DNA from: a virus
Reading direction: 5' to 3' (one strand)
IMG/VR virus record: IMGVR_UViG_3300025168_000033
Coordinates: 64,001 to 128,000 of that record
DNA: 64,000 nucleotides
Shown here: piece after piece, positions 55,563 through 63,894 of the stretch
Position numbering within the stretch: position 1 is the stretch's first letter
Layout of the letters: each line of letters begins with the position of its first letter
Program-made: the position numbers and the translations under genes
The notes under the pieces: model-generated
What the model saw: the letters and a program-made list of their open reading frames with translations, nothing else
Databases searched by the model: none
What the model was told of the DNA's origin: nothing

Positions 55563-57341
55563 TTAAAATGATTTTTTTACATCAGCTTTACGCTGTCTTG
55601 TAATTTGTGAATTGATATCTTCAATAATCACATCCTTGATTATTACATTCAATGAGCTAAATTCTGCATCACTAGCAGTATCTTCAAAATAAACACTATT
55701 TCTATCTGACCAACCACCACGTATAATTGGAAATTCATTTTCACCAATGATTATATCATTAAATTCATCAAGTCCTAAAGACGGATCTTCACCTTTAGCT
55801 ACCGGTATTTTTTCAACTATTTCCTCTTTAATTGAAGTCAATCTATTTACTTTAAATGATTTCTTCCAGTAGTATCCATTTGCAATTGCCTCTTCATTTT
55901 CTTGGGATACAAATTTAACATTAACAGAATCAACACCAGAAACTCCTTCAAGTATTTCAATAATATCTGACTTTGGAATTTTATCTCGCCTTTTAACATT
56001 AACAAAATATTCACCGAGCCTTGCAACAATATCCGCCTTTAATACCGATTCATCCGCAGTATCAAATATTCTTAAATAAATATTAAGCAAATATCTTTTA
56101 ACTATTGGATCCTGTATTTTAACTTCTGTAGTTACAATTTGTCTTCCACTTTTTTGAAGAACTTTTTTAAGCGCAGATTTTTCATCAGCATCAATATAAA
56201 AGTTATCTACGTTTGTAGAAAAATATTCTGAACTTGCATCAAGTTTCTTTTTAATATTAGGAATCAAGAACAAATAAATAATATTGTCATCATCAAGATA
56301 TTCATCATCAAATGTAGTATAAGCATCTATAAATGAAAAGGAATCATACCGTGATAAAAAGTGAATATAATTACGCGGGTGTGCGAGAACTAATGACCTA
56401 GAATTTGATCCAGCTATAAGCCTTGTTAAATCTAAATCTTCACCGTCAGATCCGAGCAAGAATTTTTCTTCAACCGACACAAACATTACTTCATTTAAAT
56501 CGATTTCTTCACCTAAAATTCCAGTTGCATCATCCAAAAATTCCCATTCAATTGTAGTTGCCTTTGAACTTATAATTCCAATAGCACCAGCTGAAATAAT
56601 ATATTCAATTTTTATAGTAGCACCAGAAGGAGGAATAGTCCCGTAATCTTCATTGCCAAAATAAACATCAATTCCAGCAGTAATAGAAGTTTTTACAATT
56701 ACCGCTTTATCACCTTTATTCATATCATATAATGATTCTACAATATCATATTTTTCACCATTAACATAAACAAAAACATGTTCATTTTCAATTTCACCAT
56801 TCCCACGAATAAAAACATTAAATGATTGTAATTCATCACCAGTACTAATTCTATTTTGACTTTCTAATTTTCCTTGAATAGCCTTTAAAGATAATTTTTG
56901 TGATGAATTTTTATCCCATCTAATTCTCTCAGAATCTAACATAATCAAATATTCCTGACCATTTGTTTTGTTATTTATTGATGTGAAATTATTAATAAAG
57001 AAAAAGTTTGATTCTATATCCGAACTTGCCCCTGGTTTTAATTTAAGTCCTAGCATTCCTTGAGCAGAAATAGCTCTTGTCGGATTATGACCACTTAATC
57101 TAGCCATCCCATAAATAGAATCAGCTTTACTAGCTTTAAAAATATTTAATTCTGTTATAGAATCTTCAATATATAAAAGAATTAAATCTACATATTCACT
57201 TAATACTTGAAGTATTTGTCCATATGCAGACGAAGGCGAAAATACTTCACCTGTTTGTCTATATTTATTTACTAAATATTGTAAAGATTGATTTTTTAAT
57301 TCACTAACCTTTACTTTTGCTTTATCTAAAAATCCAGCCAT
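55563..57341 (-). CDS. gp6: Baseplate wedge protein (T4 gp6 / P2 gpJ-like)
   Basis: SIYGMARLSGHNP.RAISA, VYFGNEDYGTIP, IEYIISAGAIG, GSDGED. Confidence 0.85.
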   Translation of the reverse strand: MAGFLDKAKVKVSELKNQSLQYLVNKYRQTGEVFSPSSAYGQILQVLSEYVDLILLYIEDSITELNIFKASKADSIYGMARLSGHNPTRAISAQGMLGLKLKPGASSDIESNFFFINNFTSINNKTNGQEYLIMLDSERIRWDKNSSQKLSLKAIQGKLESQNRISTGDELQSFNVFIRGNGEIENEHVFVYVNGEKYDIVESLYDMNKGDKAVIVKTSITAGIDVYFGNEDYGTIPPSGATIKIEYIISAGAIGIISSKATTIEWEFLDDATGILGEEIDLNEVMFVSVEEKFLLGSDGEDLDLTRLIAGSNSRSLVLAHPRNYIHFLSRYDSFSFIDAYTTFDDEYLDDDNIIYLFLIPNIKKKLDASSEYFSTNVDNFYIDADEKSALKKVLQKSGRQIVTTEVKIQDPIVKRYLLNIYLRIFDTADESVLKADIVARLGEYFVNVKRRDKIPKSDIIEILEGVSGVDSVNVKFVSQENEEAIANGYYWKKSFKVNRLTSIKEEIVEKIPVAKGEDPSLGLDEFNDIIIGENEFPIIRGGWSDRNSVYFEDTASDAEFSSLNVIIKDVIIEDINSQITRQRKADVKKSF

Positions 57342-57349
57342 CTCTTTAA

Positions 57350-57712
57350 TTATTTTATTGCTAGTCCAAGTAGTTTAGCACCGTTTATTGCTATATCTAT
57401 TACAGCAATATCTTGAAAATTTATTTCTTCTACTGTTGCATATATTTCAACATCATAGTTAACTCTATATGAACAATATTTATTTATTTGTCGCATTGCC
57501 TCGGCTTCTAATTCAGGGCCAGTCTTACCAAAACTCCATAAATAAGTATCTAAAGAAGCTCCATAATCCGGATCACCCATAACCGATCCTTTTGGTGTAA
57601 GAAGAACCATTTCAATTTGTTGTAGAAATAAATCTAGCTCTTCTGAAATTTCTGCTCGACCTTCTTCATAAGTAGGATCCGTTGAATTACGTAAGTAAAT
57701 ATCTACAGCCAT
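57350..57712 (-). CDS. gp25: Baseplate wedge subunit gp25-like
   Basis: IEMVLLTPKGSVMGDPDYGASL motif. Confidence 0.85.
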   Translation of the reverse strand: MAVDIYLRNSTDPTYEEGRAEISEELDLFLQQIEMVLLTPKGSVMGDPDYGASLDTYLWSFGKTGPELEAEAMRQINKYCSYRVNYDVEIYATVEEINFQDIAVIDIAINGAKLLGLAIK

Positions 57713-57725
57713 TTTTATTTATATT

Positions 57726-58475
57726 TTATTTACCGCCAGTCATTACAAACCAGTCCATTCCTTCATCATTTTTCAATTCTTCTTCAAGCTTTTCCAGTTC
57801 TTCAGAACCTTCTTCTTTATATGAATCAAAATTAATTGTAATTCCACCAGGCAATTTGAAATCAAATGCACCTAACATTCTAGCTAATTGAGTTTTACTC
57901 TTAGCTACACAATATCTATAGAATATTTCATCATCCATCAAAAATTCTAAAGGAACTTTATTATAAACCTGAAGTACCATGTCTGTCTGTGGTGTTTCAC
58001 CTAAAATTACAAGGTCTCTAGTAAGTCTGCTAAAATTATAAGAAATTGGATGATACAAAATATGTCTGCTCAAATCTATAAATGATTCTTGCATTACATA
58101 TTCCATTAATGCTTCAGTTGAATTTGAAATATCACTTACATCTTTAAATAATGCCTTTTCTAATGAAAAATCTGCCATATTACTAAATGGTGATGCAGAT
58201 CCTCCGCCTTGGCCATTAGTTTGTGAAATTGAATTTACTGAATAAATACAACTCGGTAATGTAATAGTCCTGTATTTTGTAAAATTGGAATCGCTAAGCT
58301 GTGATTTTTTTATAATATAATATCGTTCTTCAACGGCTTCTTCATATTTCTTGTAGATCCATTTTTCCGCATATTTTAATATTCTTTCAATCTCGGTTTT
58401 TGGCACATTAAATGGAAGAGAACATCCAACTGTAATCTCATCCTGTATTTCTTTTATAAATTCATCTTTAAGCAT
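57726..58475 (-). CDS. gp13: Neck protein (T4 gp13-like)
   Basis: C-terminal LPGGITIN....EG.EELEKLEEEL typical of gp13. Confidence 0.75.
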   Translation of the reverse strand: MLKDEFIKEIQDEITVGCSLPFNVPKTEIERILKYAEKWIYKKYEEAVEERYYIIKKSQLSDSNFTKYRTITLPSCIYSVNSISQTNGQGGGSASPFSNMADFSLEKALFKDVSDISNSTEALMEYVMQESFIDLSRHILYHPISYNFSRLTRDLVILGETPQTDMVLQVYNKVPLEFLMDDEIFYRYCVAKSKTQLARMLGAFDFKLPGGITINFDSYKEEGSEELEKLEEELKNDEGMDWFVMTGGK

Positions 58476-58476
58476 A

Positions 58477-59790
58477 TTAGTATACTTTTAATTTTGTTGG
58501 TTTTATCTTTGTATATTCAACAACTTTTACATTGCTTTTAAGTGAAGCACTATCGCTAATATTTCCTTCTCTAAAAATACCGCCATTCATAGTTCCATTG
58601 AATATTGTTTCCTTACCGTTAACATAACAATCAAAAATATCTACAGTGGAATTGCAATATGAATTTTTAAGTTTTGAATTTTTAATTTCTGTATTTGCAT
58701 AAATATTGTTTACTTCTATATTAGAATTAATTACAGTACATTTATATAAATTACATTTATTTAATACTGAATCATAAATTTCTGAATCAACAACTTCAAT
58801 ATCTCTTAGATTTAATGATTTAAATTTTGCATCCTTGATTTGCATCCTAGATAAAAATGTATCATAATTAATAGAGCCTGTTTTTAAATTGCTATTAACT
58901 AATATACAAAAAATTTTATCTTTAATTTTTGGCCAATGAGTTTTTAATACCTGCTCATTATCATTAAGATCGACTGTTAATTTTAATTCTGGAAATTCCT
59001 TTTTGAATTTCATCGGTGATTCATAACCTATTAAAACATCACGTAAATCATCAAGAATTAATTCTAATTTAATTCTATTTTTTTCAGTATATTCATTAGA
59101 ATTTAAAGTTGATGCTAAACTTATCATATAATAGTCTACACAATCTAATGCCTCATTTATTTTCTTTTCATATTTTTCACCACCAATATAGTTAAATCCT
59201 ATTTGATTAGTCAATATGCCAGTATAATCAATTCCGTACAAATTACTATTAGGAAGTTTATATCTAGTAGAATCTATAGTTTTTATATTATCAACAATTT
59301 TATTTACAGGTACAATATGATACATCGAACGCACAAATGGAGAGTCCTTCTGTAGTTCAAATTTTGACCATATAAGACTCTCATCAAAATTCAATATGTA
59401 CCTTAATCTATCTATATTTGATACATCAGGGATCAACTGTGAACCTTCTGCAACACTTAATTTGACTCTAAGAAATGTTTTAGGATCTGTATAACCAAAT
59501 TCACGTATTTTTTCAAATACTTTAATAATTGTTAATCTAGCAGTTTGATAATCTAGATTGCCTGTTATTAATTGTACGTATGGATTTAAAAATGCATTAT
59601 TGAATTTCAATTTATATGTGTAATCATCACATATTATATTGTCTTCGTTATCTTTAATTATTTCTTTGTTAAGATGATCCTTTAGAATTTGTACTGTTTT
59701 ATCAACGCCATAATAAGAAAAGAATTCAAATTTTAATTGAATTTCAAACTGATTATAAACTTTGCTATATTTTACAGGATCAAATGACAT
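58477..59790 (-). CDS. Degenerate amidoligase (COOH-NH2 ligase)-like protein with a C-terminal beta-helix
   Basis: QLKFEFFS, QLITG, GYTDPKTFLRVKLS and QIGFNYIGG map to amidoligase motifs with catalytic residues substituted; C-terminal I..S repeats; GATATATAA at 59809-59818. Confidence 0.55.
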   Translation of the reverse strand: MSFDPVKYSKVYNQFEIQLKFEFFSYYGVDKTVQILKDHLNKEIIKDNEDNIICDDYTYKLKFNNAFLNPYVQLITGNLDYQTARLTIIKVFEKIREFGYTDPKTFLRVKLSVAEGSQLIPDVSNIDRLRYILNFDESLIWSKFELQKDSPFVRSMYHIVPVNKIVDNIKTIDSTRYKLPNSNLYGIDYTGILTNQIGFNYIGGEKYEKKINEALDCVDYYMISLASTLNSNEYTEKNRIKLELILDDLRDVLIGYESPMKFKKEFPELKLTVDLNDNEQVLKTHWPKIKDKIFCILVNSNLKTGSINYDTFLSRMQIKDAKFKSLNLRDIEVVDSEIYDSVLNKCNLYKCTVINSNIEVNNIYANTEIKNSKLKNSYCNSTVDIFDCYVNGKETIFNGTMNGGIFREGNISDSASLKSNVKVVEYTKIKPTKLKVY

Positions 59791-59838
59791 GGATATATTA
59801 CGTTTAAGTTATATATCTACTTTGCTAATTGATGAATT

Positions 59839-61317
59839 TTACTTTACCTTGATTCCGTATGTTTTATCAGACTTAGCTAAGGCTGTATCGTATTTTCCAT
59901 CAAACCCGCTTACAACAAAAGTTTTTTGTGGATTGACAACGACTCCTATTTTTTCCATCAATTCCCTATTAATAAGCATAGGAGTAGATTTAGATGAACG
60001 ATCAACAACGCTAAAATGCATTTTACTATATGATATTCCTCTAAATTTAATATCAAGTTCTATTATAGGACGTTTTGTAACCGTATCACCTACTTCGGCA
60101 TTAGCGTAACCAACAATTTTTGATTTCATTTTTTTATTTCCAGCAGACCAATTTAAATAGCCATTTTTTTCTGACATTTTATCCGCATGAACTGATGACG
60201 ATTTAGTACCGTTTCCACTATCAAATTTAGCAACATATTCACCAAATCCAGTAAGATTAACAACTTCCATATATCCTATTTCAGTAACATTGACAGACCA
60301 ATTAGATTTATCTTTTATGAAATCTATAATATCTTGTAATATAGATTTTCCAATAACTTTTTTAATTCCTTTAGTCCCAGGAGAAGCATTTACTTCAAGT
60401 ATATAATTCTTTTTAGTTTTATCATCAACAATAATATCAACACCACACCAATGACATCCCATAGCATCTGCAGCCTTAACTGCTAAATTAATTTGTTCTT
60501 CAGTTAATTTTACATTTTCAACAGATCCACCAAGTGAATGATTAGTTCTAAAATCTTTTTTGTCTCCTCTATTACGTCGCATATATCCAATGATTTTAAC
60601 ATTGTCTTTATTGTTTCCGTGATAGTCAAATCTTTTAGTTAAGACCTGAATTCTAATATCGTAATCCGAATCAATTTTTTCTTGAATTAAAGTTTCAGTA
60701 TCAGAAAGTTTCCACATTGTCTGTAAAACAGATTTAAGCGATCCTTGTGAATCAATAATAGAAACACCTATTCCTTGAGATCCTGAAAGAGTCTTTAAAA
60801 TTATAGGAAATTTTCCACCTATTTTTTTAATTGCATCATCTAATGAATCTATACTAGGAACTAATGCCGTTCTAGGCGTCGGTAATAAATGCTGCTCTAG
60901 TTTTTGTGCAGTTAAATATTTATTTTCACAATCCAGGATTGAAGATAATGAATTAATGCAGAAGAATCCATTACTTTCAAATAATGATAGAATTCCACGA
61001 GTATATGTGTTTTTTACAACACCACGTCTAGCTATTATAACAGTATTTTCTTTATTAATAACAAATCCTTTTGATTCACCTTTATTTGTTAGCGTAATAT
61101 TTCCATCATCATCTGGATCACTAATAGTACAGTCTTTTAAGCAAAATAAAAATCCGTTCATTCCAGAATTTACAGCCTTTTCAATTAAAAACTGTGGTGT
61201 ATCTTGTGAATCTGGATCTACTGGCGTATTTGTCATTACAACAAGATTTAATTTATTACCTAGCTGAACTGCTTCAGTTAGCATATCATCAAATCTCTTG
61301 AACCTTATATTTTGCAT
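59839..61317 (-). CDS. rimK: RimK-family ATP-grasp ligase fused to a RimK-associated retropepsin-like protease domain, with CTS-like leader
   Basis: CENKY, PTPRT, PIILKTLSGSQGIGV, IQEKI, DIR, FRTNHSLGG, GVDI, LEVNASPG; C-terminal AKFDSGNG...LINR; leader MQNIRFKRFDDMLTEA. Confidence 0.88.
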   Translation of the reverse strand: MQNIRFKRFDDMLTEAVQLGNKLNLVVMTNTPVDPDSQDTPQFLIEKAVNSGMNGFLFCLKDCTISDPDDDGNITLTNKGESKGFVINKENTVIIARRGVVKNTYTRGILSLFESNGFFCINSLSSILDCENKYLTAQKLEQHLLPTPRTALVPSIDSLDDAIKKIGGKFPIILKTLSGSQGIGVSIIDSQGSLKSVLQTMWKLSDTETLIQEKIDSDYDIRIQVLTKRFDYHGNNKDNVKIIGYMRRNRGDKKDFRTNHSLGGSVENVKLTEEQINLAVKAADAMGCHWCGVDIIVDDKTKKNYILEVNASPGTKGIKKVIGKSILQDIIDFIKDKSNWSVNVTEIGYMEVVNLTGFGEYVAKFDSGNGTKSSSVHADKMSEKNGYLNWSAGNKKMKSKIVGYANAEVGDTVTKRPIIELDIKFRGISYSKMHFSVVDRSSKSTPMLINRELMEKIGVVVNPQKTFVVSGFDGKYDTALAKSDKTYGIKVK

Positions 61318-61334
61318 GTGAATACTTATTTTAG

Positions 61335-61344
61335 TTATTTATCT
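61335..61344 (-). promoter_or_regulatory. T4-late-like promoter motif AGATAAATAA
   Basis: Upstream of rimK; further copies at 62558-62567 and 63609-63618. Confidence 0.6.
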
Positions 61345-61349
61345 AAATT

Positions 61350-61378
61350 AAAAATGGAGGAAACTTAATTCCTCCATT
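61350..61378 (-). terminator. Rho-independent terminator after the S1 gene
   Basis: AATGGAGGAA / TTCCTCCATT stem running into a T-tract on the minus strand. Confidence 0.8.
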
Positions 61379-61382
61379 GATT

Positions 61383-62525
61383 CTATAATTTAAAAAATAG
61401 CTTTTTTGATTCTTTATCTATTCGATACAGATCGACTGTTATATCATCACCCTGTTCGAGTTCAATATTAAGACCTTCATATTCAGATTTATGAAGCAGT
61501 CCTGTTATTTTAGGTTCTAGTTCAACAAATAATCCGAATCGAGTTATATTTCTAATTTTACCAGTAACGCTACTAGGAACTTTATATCGTTTTTCAATAT
61601 CATCCCAAGGATCAAGTTCTTCAATTATTTCTTTTTGAGTAAGAACAATTCTAAATGCATCTACAACCTCTTTAATTTTAAATTCTATTGAATCTCCTGG
61701 CTTGATACTTCTACTATTAAATTCTTCAAATGATTTCGAATCTAATTCAGATTTATGAATTAATCCAGTAAGACAACTATCAAATTCTACAAAAATACCT
61801 ATCTTTGATGCGCCTGTTACAAATCCAGTTTTAGTCTCACCTTGAACGAGATTTGCTGCAGCTTCAGGAACCTGAGTTTTTAGAAATGCTCTATGTGAAA
61901 CTACAATATAATTTTTACCTGAATCATAATTGATAGGACATACATAAATATCTTGTCCTAATAAAGATTCAAAGTTTGTTAATTTATTCATACCACCTTG
62001 TGATCCAGGCATAAATACTTCAATACCTCCTATATCTAGAAAATATCCACCGTAAACTAGGGTTTTAACTTTTGCAGGATATGCAAAATTAGCACCAATA
62101 TTAGATTTTATTTCTTCAAACCTACGTTTCTTAATACCGTCAGTATAGGATCCTACAATATTATAATTTTTTGATTTTTGCTTATTTGAAACTTCTTTTA
62201 ATAAGACTTCTATTGAATCACCTTCATTAAGATCCTCAATAAATTCTGGACTTTCTTTTGATAAATCTAGATATGCTGATTCTCTCCAGTTAATGTCTAC
62301 TTCTAAATAGCCATTACTCTTTTTTACTATTGTTCCTTGTGTAATTGTTTTGCTAGAAGGTTTTTTGAAATCTTTGCCTTCCCAGTGAGATGTTAATGTG
62401 TCGTAATATTCTTGTGCATAATCTTCTTTTGAAAGAATTTTTTCACCATTAGATGTTATTACTGTTGAGGTTTTTGTTGACCAATCGAAATTATCAATTG
62501 GTGATACATGATTGTACGCTGACAT
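61383..62525 (-). CDS. rpsA: Ribosomal protein S1 homologue (about four S1/OB domains)
   Basis: GGYFLDIGGIEVFMPGSQ, IVVSHRAFL, GIFVEF..LTGLIHKSEL, DPW, FGLFVELEPKITGLLHKSE. Confidence 0.85.
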   Translation of the reverse strand: MSAYNHVSPIDNFDWSTKTSTVITSNGEKILSKEDYAQEYYDTLTSHWEGKDFKKPSSKTITQGTIVKKSNGYLEVDINWRESAYLDLSKESPEFIEDLNEGDSIEVLLKEVSNKQKSKNYNIVGSYTDGIKKRRFEEIKSNIGANFAYPAKVKTLVYGGYFLDIGGIEVFMPGSQGGMNKLTNFESLLGQDIYVCPINYDSGKNYIVVSHRAFLKTQVPEAAANLVQGETKTGFVTGASKIGIFVEFDSCLTGLIHKSELDSKSFEEFNSRSIKPGDSIEFKIKEVVDAFRIVLTQKEIIEELDPWDDIEKRYKVPSSVTGKIRNITRFGLFVELEPKITGLLHKSEYEGLNIELEQGDDITVDLYRIDKESKKLFFKL

Positions 62526-62573
62526 TTTTTTAAGTTTAAGTAAATAATTAATATAGGTTATATATCCCTAGTA

Positions 62574-63026
62574 TTATTTGAATTTCTTTATAAGATCTGT
62601 AATATCAATATGAACACCTACCATTCTTACCGGCTTATCATCATCCCATTCACAAACACAACCACGACACAAAATATCTACAGTATGTCCTAATTTATGT
62701 TTATATCTAGATATAACTTCAAATTTAATTTTTCCTTTTGATTTTACGTGATCTGCAAATTGTTGAAGAGCATCAGTTAAATCATCCGAATGAATTAATT
62801 TCATCCATGTACTGGTTGAATTTTCTAATTCACTGTCGCTATATCCTAATTGATTTTTCCATGAGGGACTTAAATATTCATAGTTAGTAACAATATTCCA
62901 ATCCCAGTATCCATCTAAAGTATTATCAAGTACATCGGTTAATGTCTGATTTTCGCTAGCAAGATTCAACTCTATTTTATTTAAAGTATCTGTTAGCTCT
63001 TTTATTTTTTTTAAATTATCTGGCAT
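62574..63026 (-). CDS. Stand-alone PAS/PAC domain protein
   Basis: DGYWDWNI..YLSPSWKNQLGY..WMKLIHSDD..RYKHKLG..RG..PVRMVGVHIDIT. Confidence 0.9.
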   Translation of the reverse strand: MPDNLKKIKELTDTLNKIELNLASENQTLTDVLDNTLDGYWDWNIVTNYEYLSPSWKNQLGYSDSELENSTSTWMKLIHSDDLTDALQQFADHVKSKGKIKFEVISRYKHKLGHTVDILCRGCVCEWDDDKPVRMVGVHIDITDLIKKFK

Positions 63027-63028
63027 AT

Positions 63029-63388
63029 TTAAAAAATTTTATCTTTAAAAAAGACTATAATAACCCAAAGAACCTGTACTGCAATTCCAACTCCAACAAC
63101 TAATTGCCATTTAGATTTTTGATGATACAATTCATCTTTTGCTTCTTTCATTTGAGATGGCGACCATACTTCATTAACCTTTTCCTTGAATTCTTTAAGT
63201 TCGTTTACTTCTCGTTCAGTTGTCTTAAAATCTGATAAAGTCTCATTAATTTCTTTAAATCTTTTGTCCATATCAGCACGAAGTCGTTCCTGTCCTGTAG
63301 TCAATTGCTCTAATTGAGCGAGCACTAATCGTCCATATTCAGACCATCCGTTTTTTGGAGTATTTTTATTTTCGTTAGACATAATCAT
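63029..63388 (-). CDS. Coiled-coil protein with a C-terminal transmembrane helix (holin/XhlA-like?)
   Basis: LVVGVGIAVQVLWVIIVFF TM segment. Confidence 0.55.
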   Translation of the reverse strand: MIMSNENKNTPKNGWSEYGRLVLAQLEQLTTGQERLRADMDKRFKEINETLSDFKTTEREVNELKEFKEKVNEVWSPSQMKEAKDELYHQKSKWQLVVGVGIAVQVLWVIIVFFKDKIF

Positions 63389-63600
63389 TGAGATGAAAGC
63401 AATGCAAGTAACCTATTACACATATTCTCATAATGTTTAATTTTTGTACCGGGTTTTTCAAGTGTTGCAATTATCTTCATTTCAGCATGAAGTAAACTTT
63501 GAATATCATTAAGAATTTCCATATATCTAGGAGAATCATTTGGATAGTTTTCTAACGTATCCAACAATATTCTTAGATTTATGATATTTTCACTTGCCAT
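63385..63600 (-). CDS. Hypothetical protein
   Basis: 71-aa ORF with a GATATATAA motif upstream. Confidence 0.55.
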   Translation of the reverse strand: MASENIINLRILLDTLENYPNDSPRYMEILNDIQSLLHAEMKIIATLEKPGTKIKHYENMCNRLLALLSSQ

Positions 63601-63623
63601 AATATGATTTATATATCTAAAGT

Positions 63624-63866
63624 TTATGTTATAACTCCTATACTGCTTCCAGTACCAGCACCTACTTGAGCTACTGCTGATCCTGTAGTAGCAACAACTG
63701 TTAATATCGGTACTGTTATTGTTTGTGATCTTATATATGCATCTATTGCGGTTGCTAAATCTGCAGCAACTTTGTCAATGGCAGCTTTTGATTTTGTATC
63801 TGGTGCATCAAGACTACCTAATGCTGCTGCTATTTGAAGTTCGAATGGTTTTTTTATTAGTGGCAT
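63624..63866 (-). CDS. Small putative structural protein (possibly spike-associated)
   Basis: LATAIDAYIRSQTITV..G.G.G pattern; follows a partial gene. Confidence 0.5.
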   Translation of the reverse strand: MPLIKKPFELQIAAALGSLDAPDTKSKAAIDKVAADLATAIDAYIRSQTITVPILTVVATTGSAVAQVGAGTGSSIGVIT

Positions 63867-63894
63867 AATTATATGATTTAATTTAATTTAATTA

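Noticed and set aside
4401-56029. Short minus-strand alternative-frame ORFs nested in larger genes (4401, 30980, 37584, 39000, 42068, 46561, 55847)
   Set aside because: Entirely inside long genes with recognisable function or context; no motifs and no independent promoter
57716-57723. Canonical T4 late box TATAAATA upstream of gp25
   Set aside because: Only 3 nt from the start codon and expected by chance in AT-rich DNA
1673-61267. All plus-strand ORFs in the track (e.g. 1673-2053, 22338-22667, 31754-32104, 40897-41205, 59762-60109, 60956-61267)
   Set aside because: Antisense shadows of well-supported minus-strand genes; S/F/L-rich composition mirrors the acidic/lysine codons of the real gene
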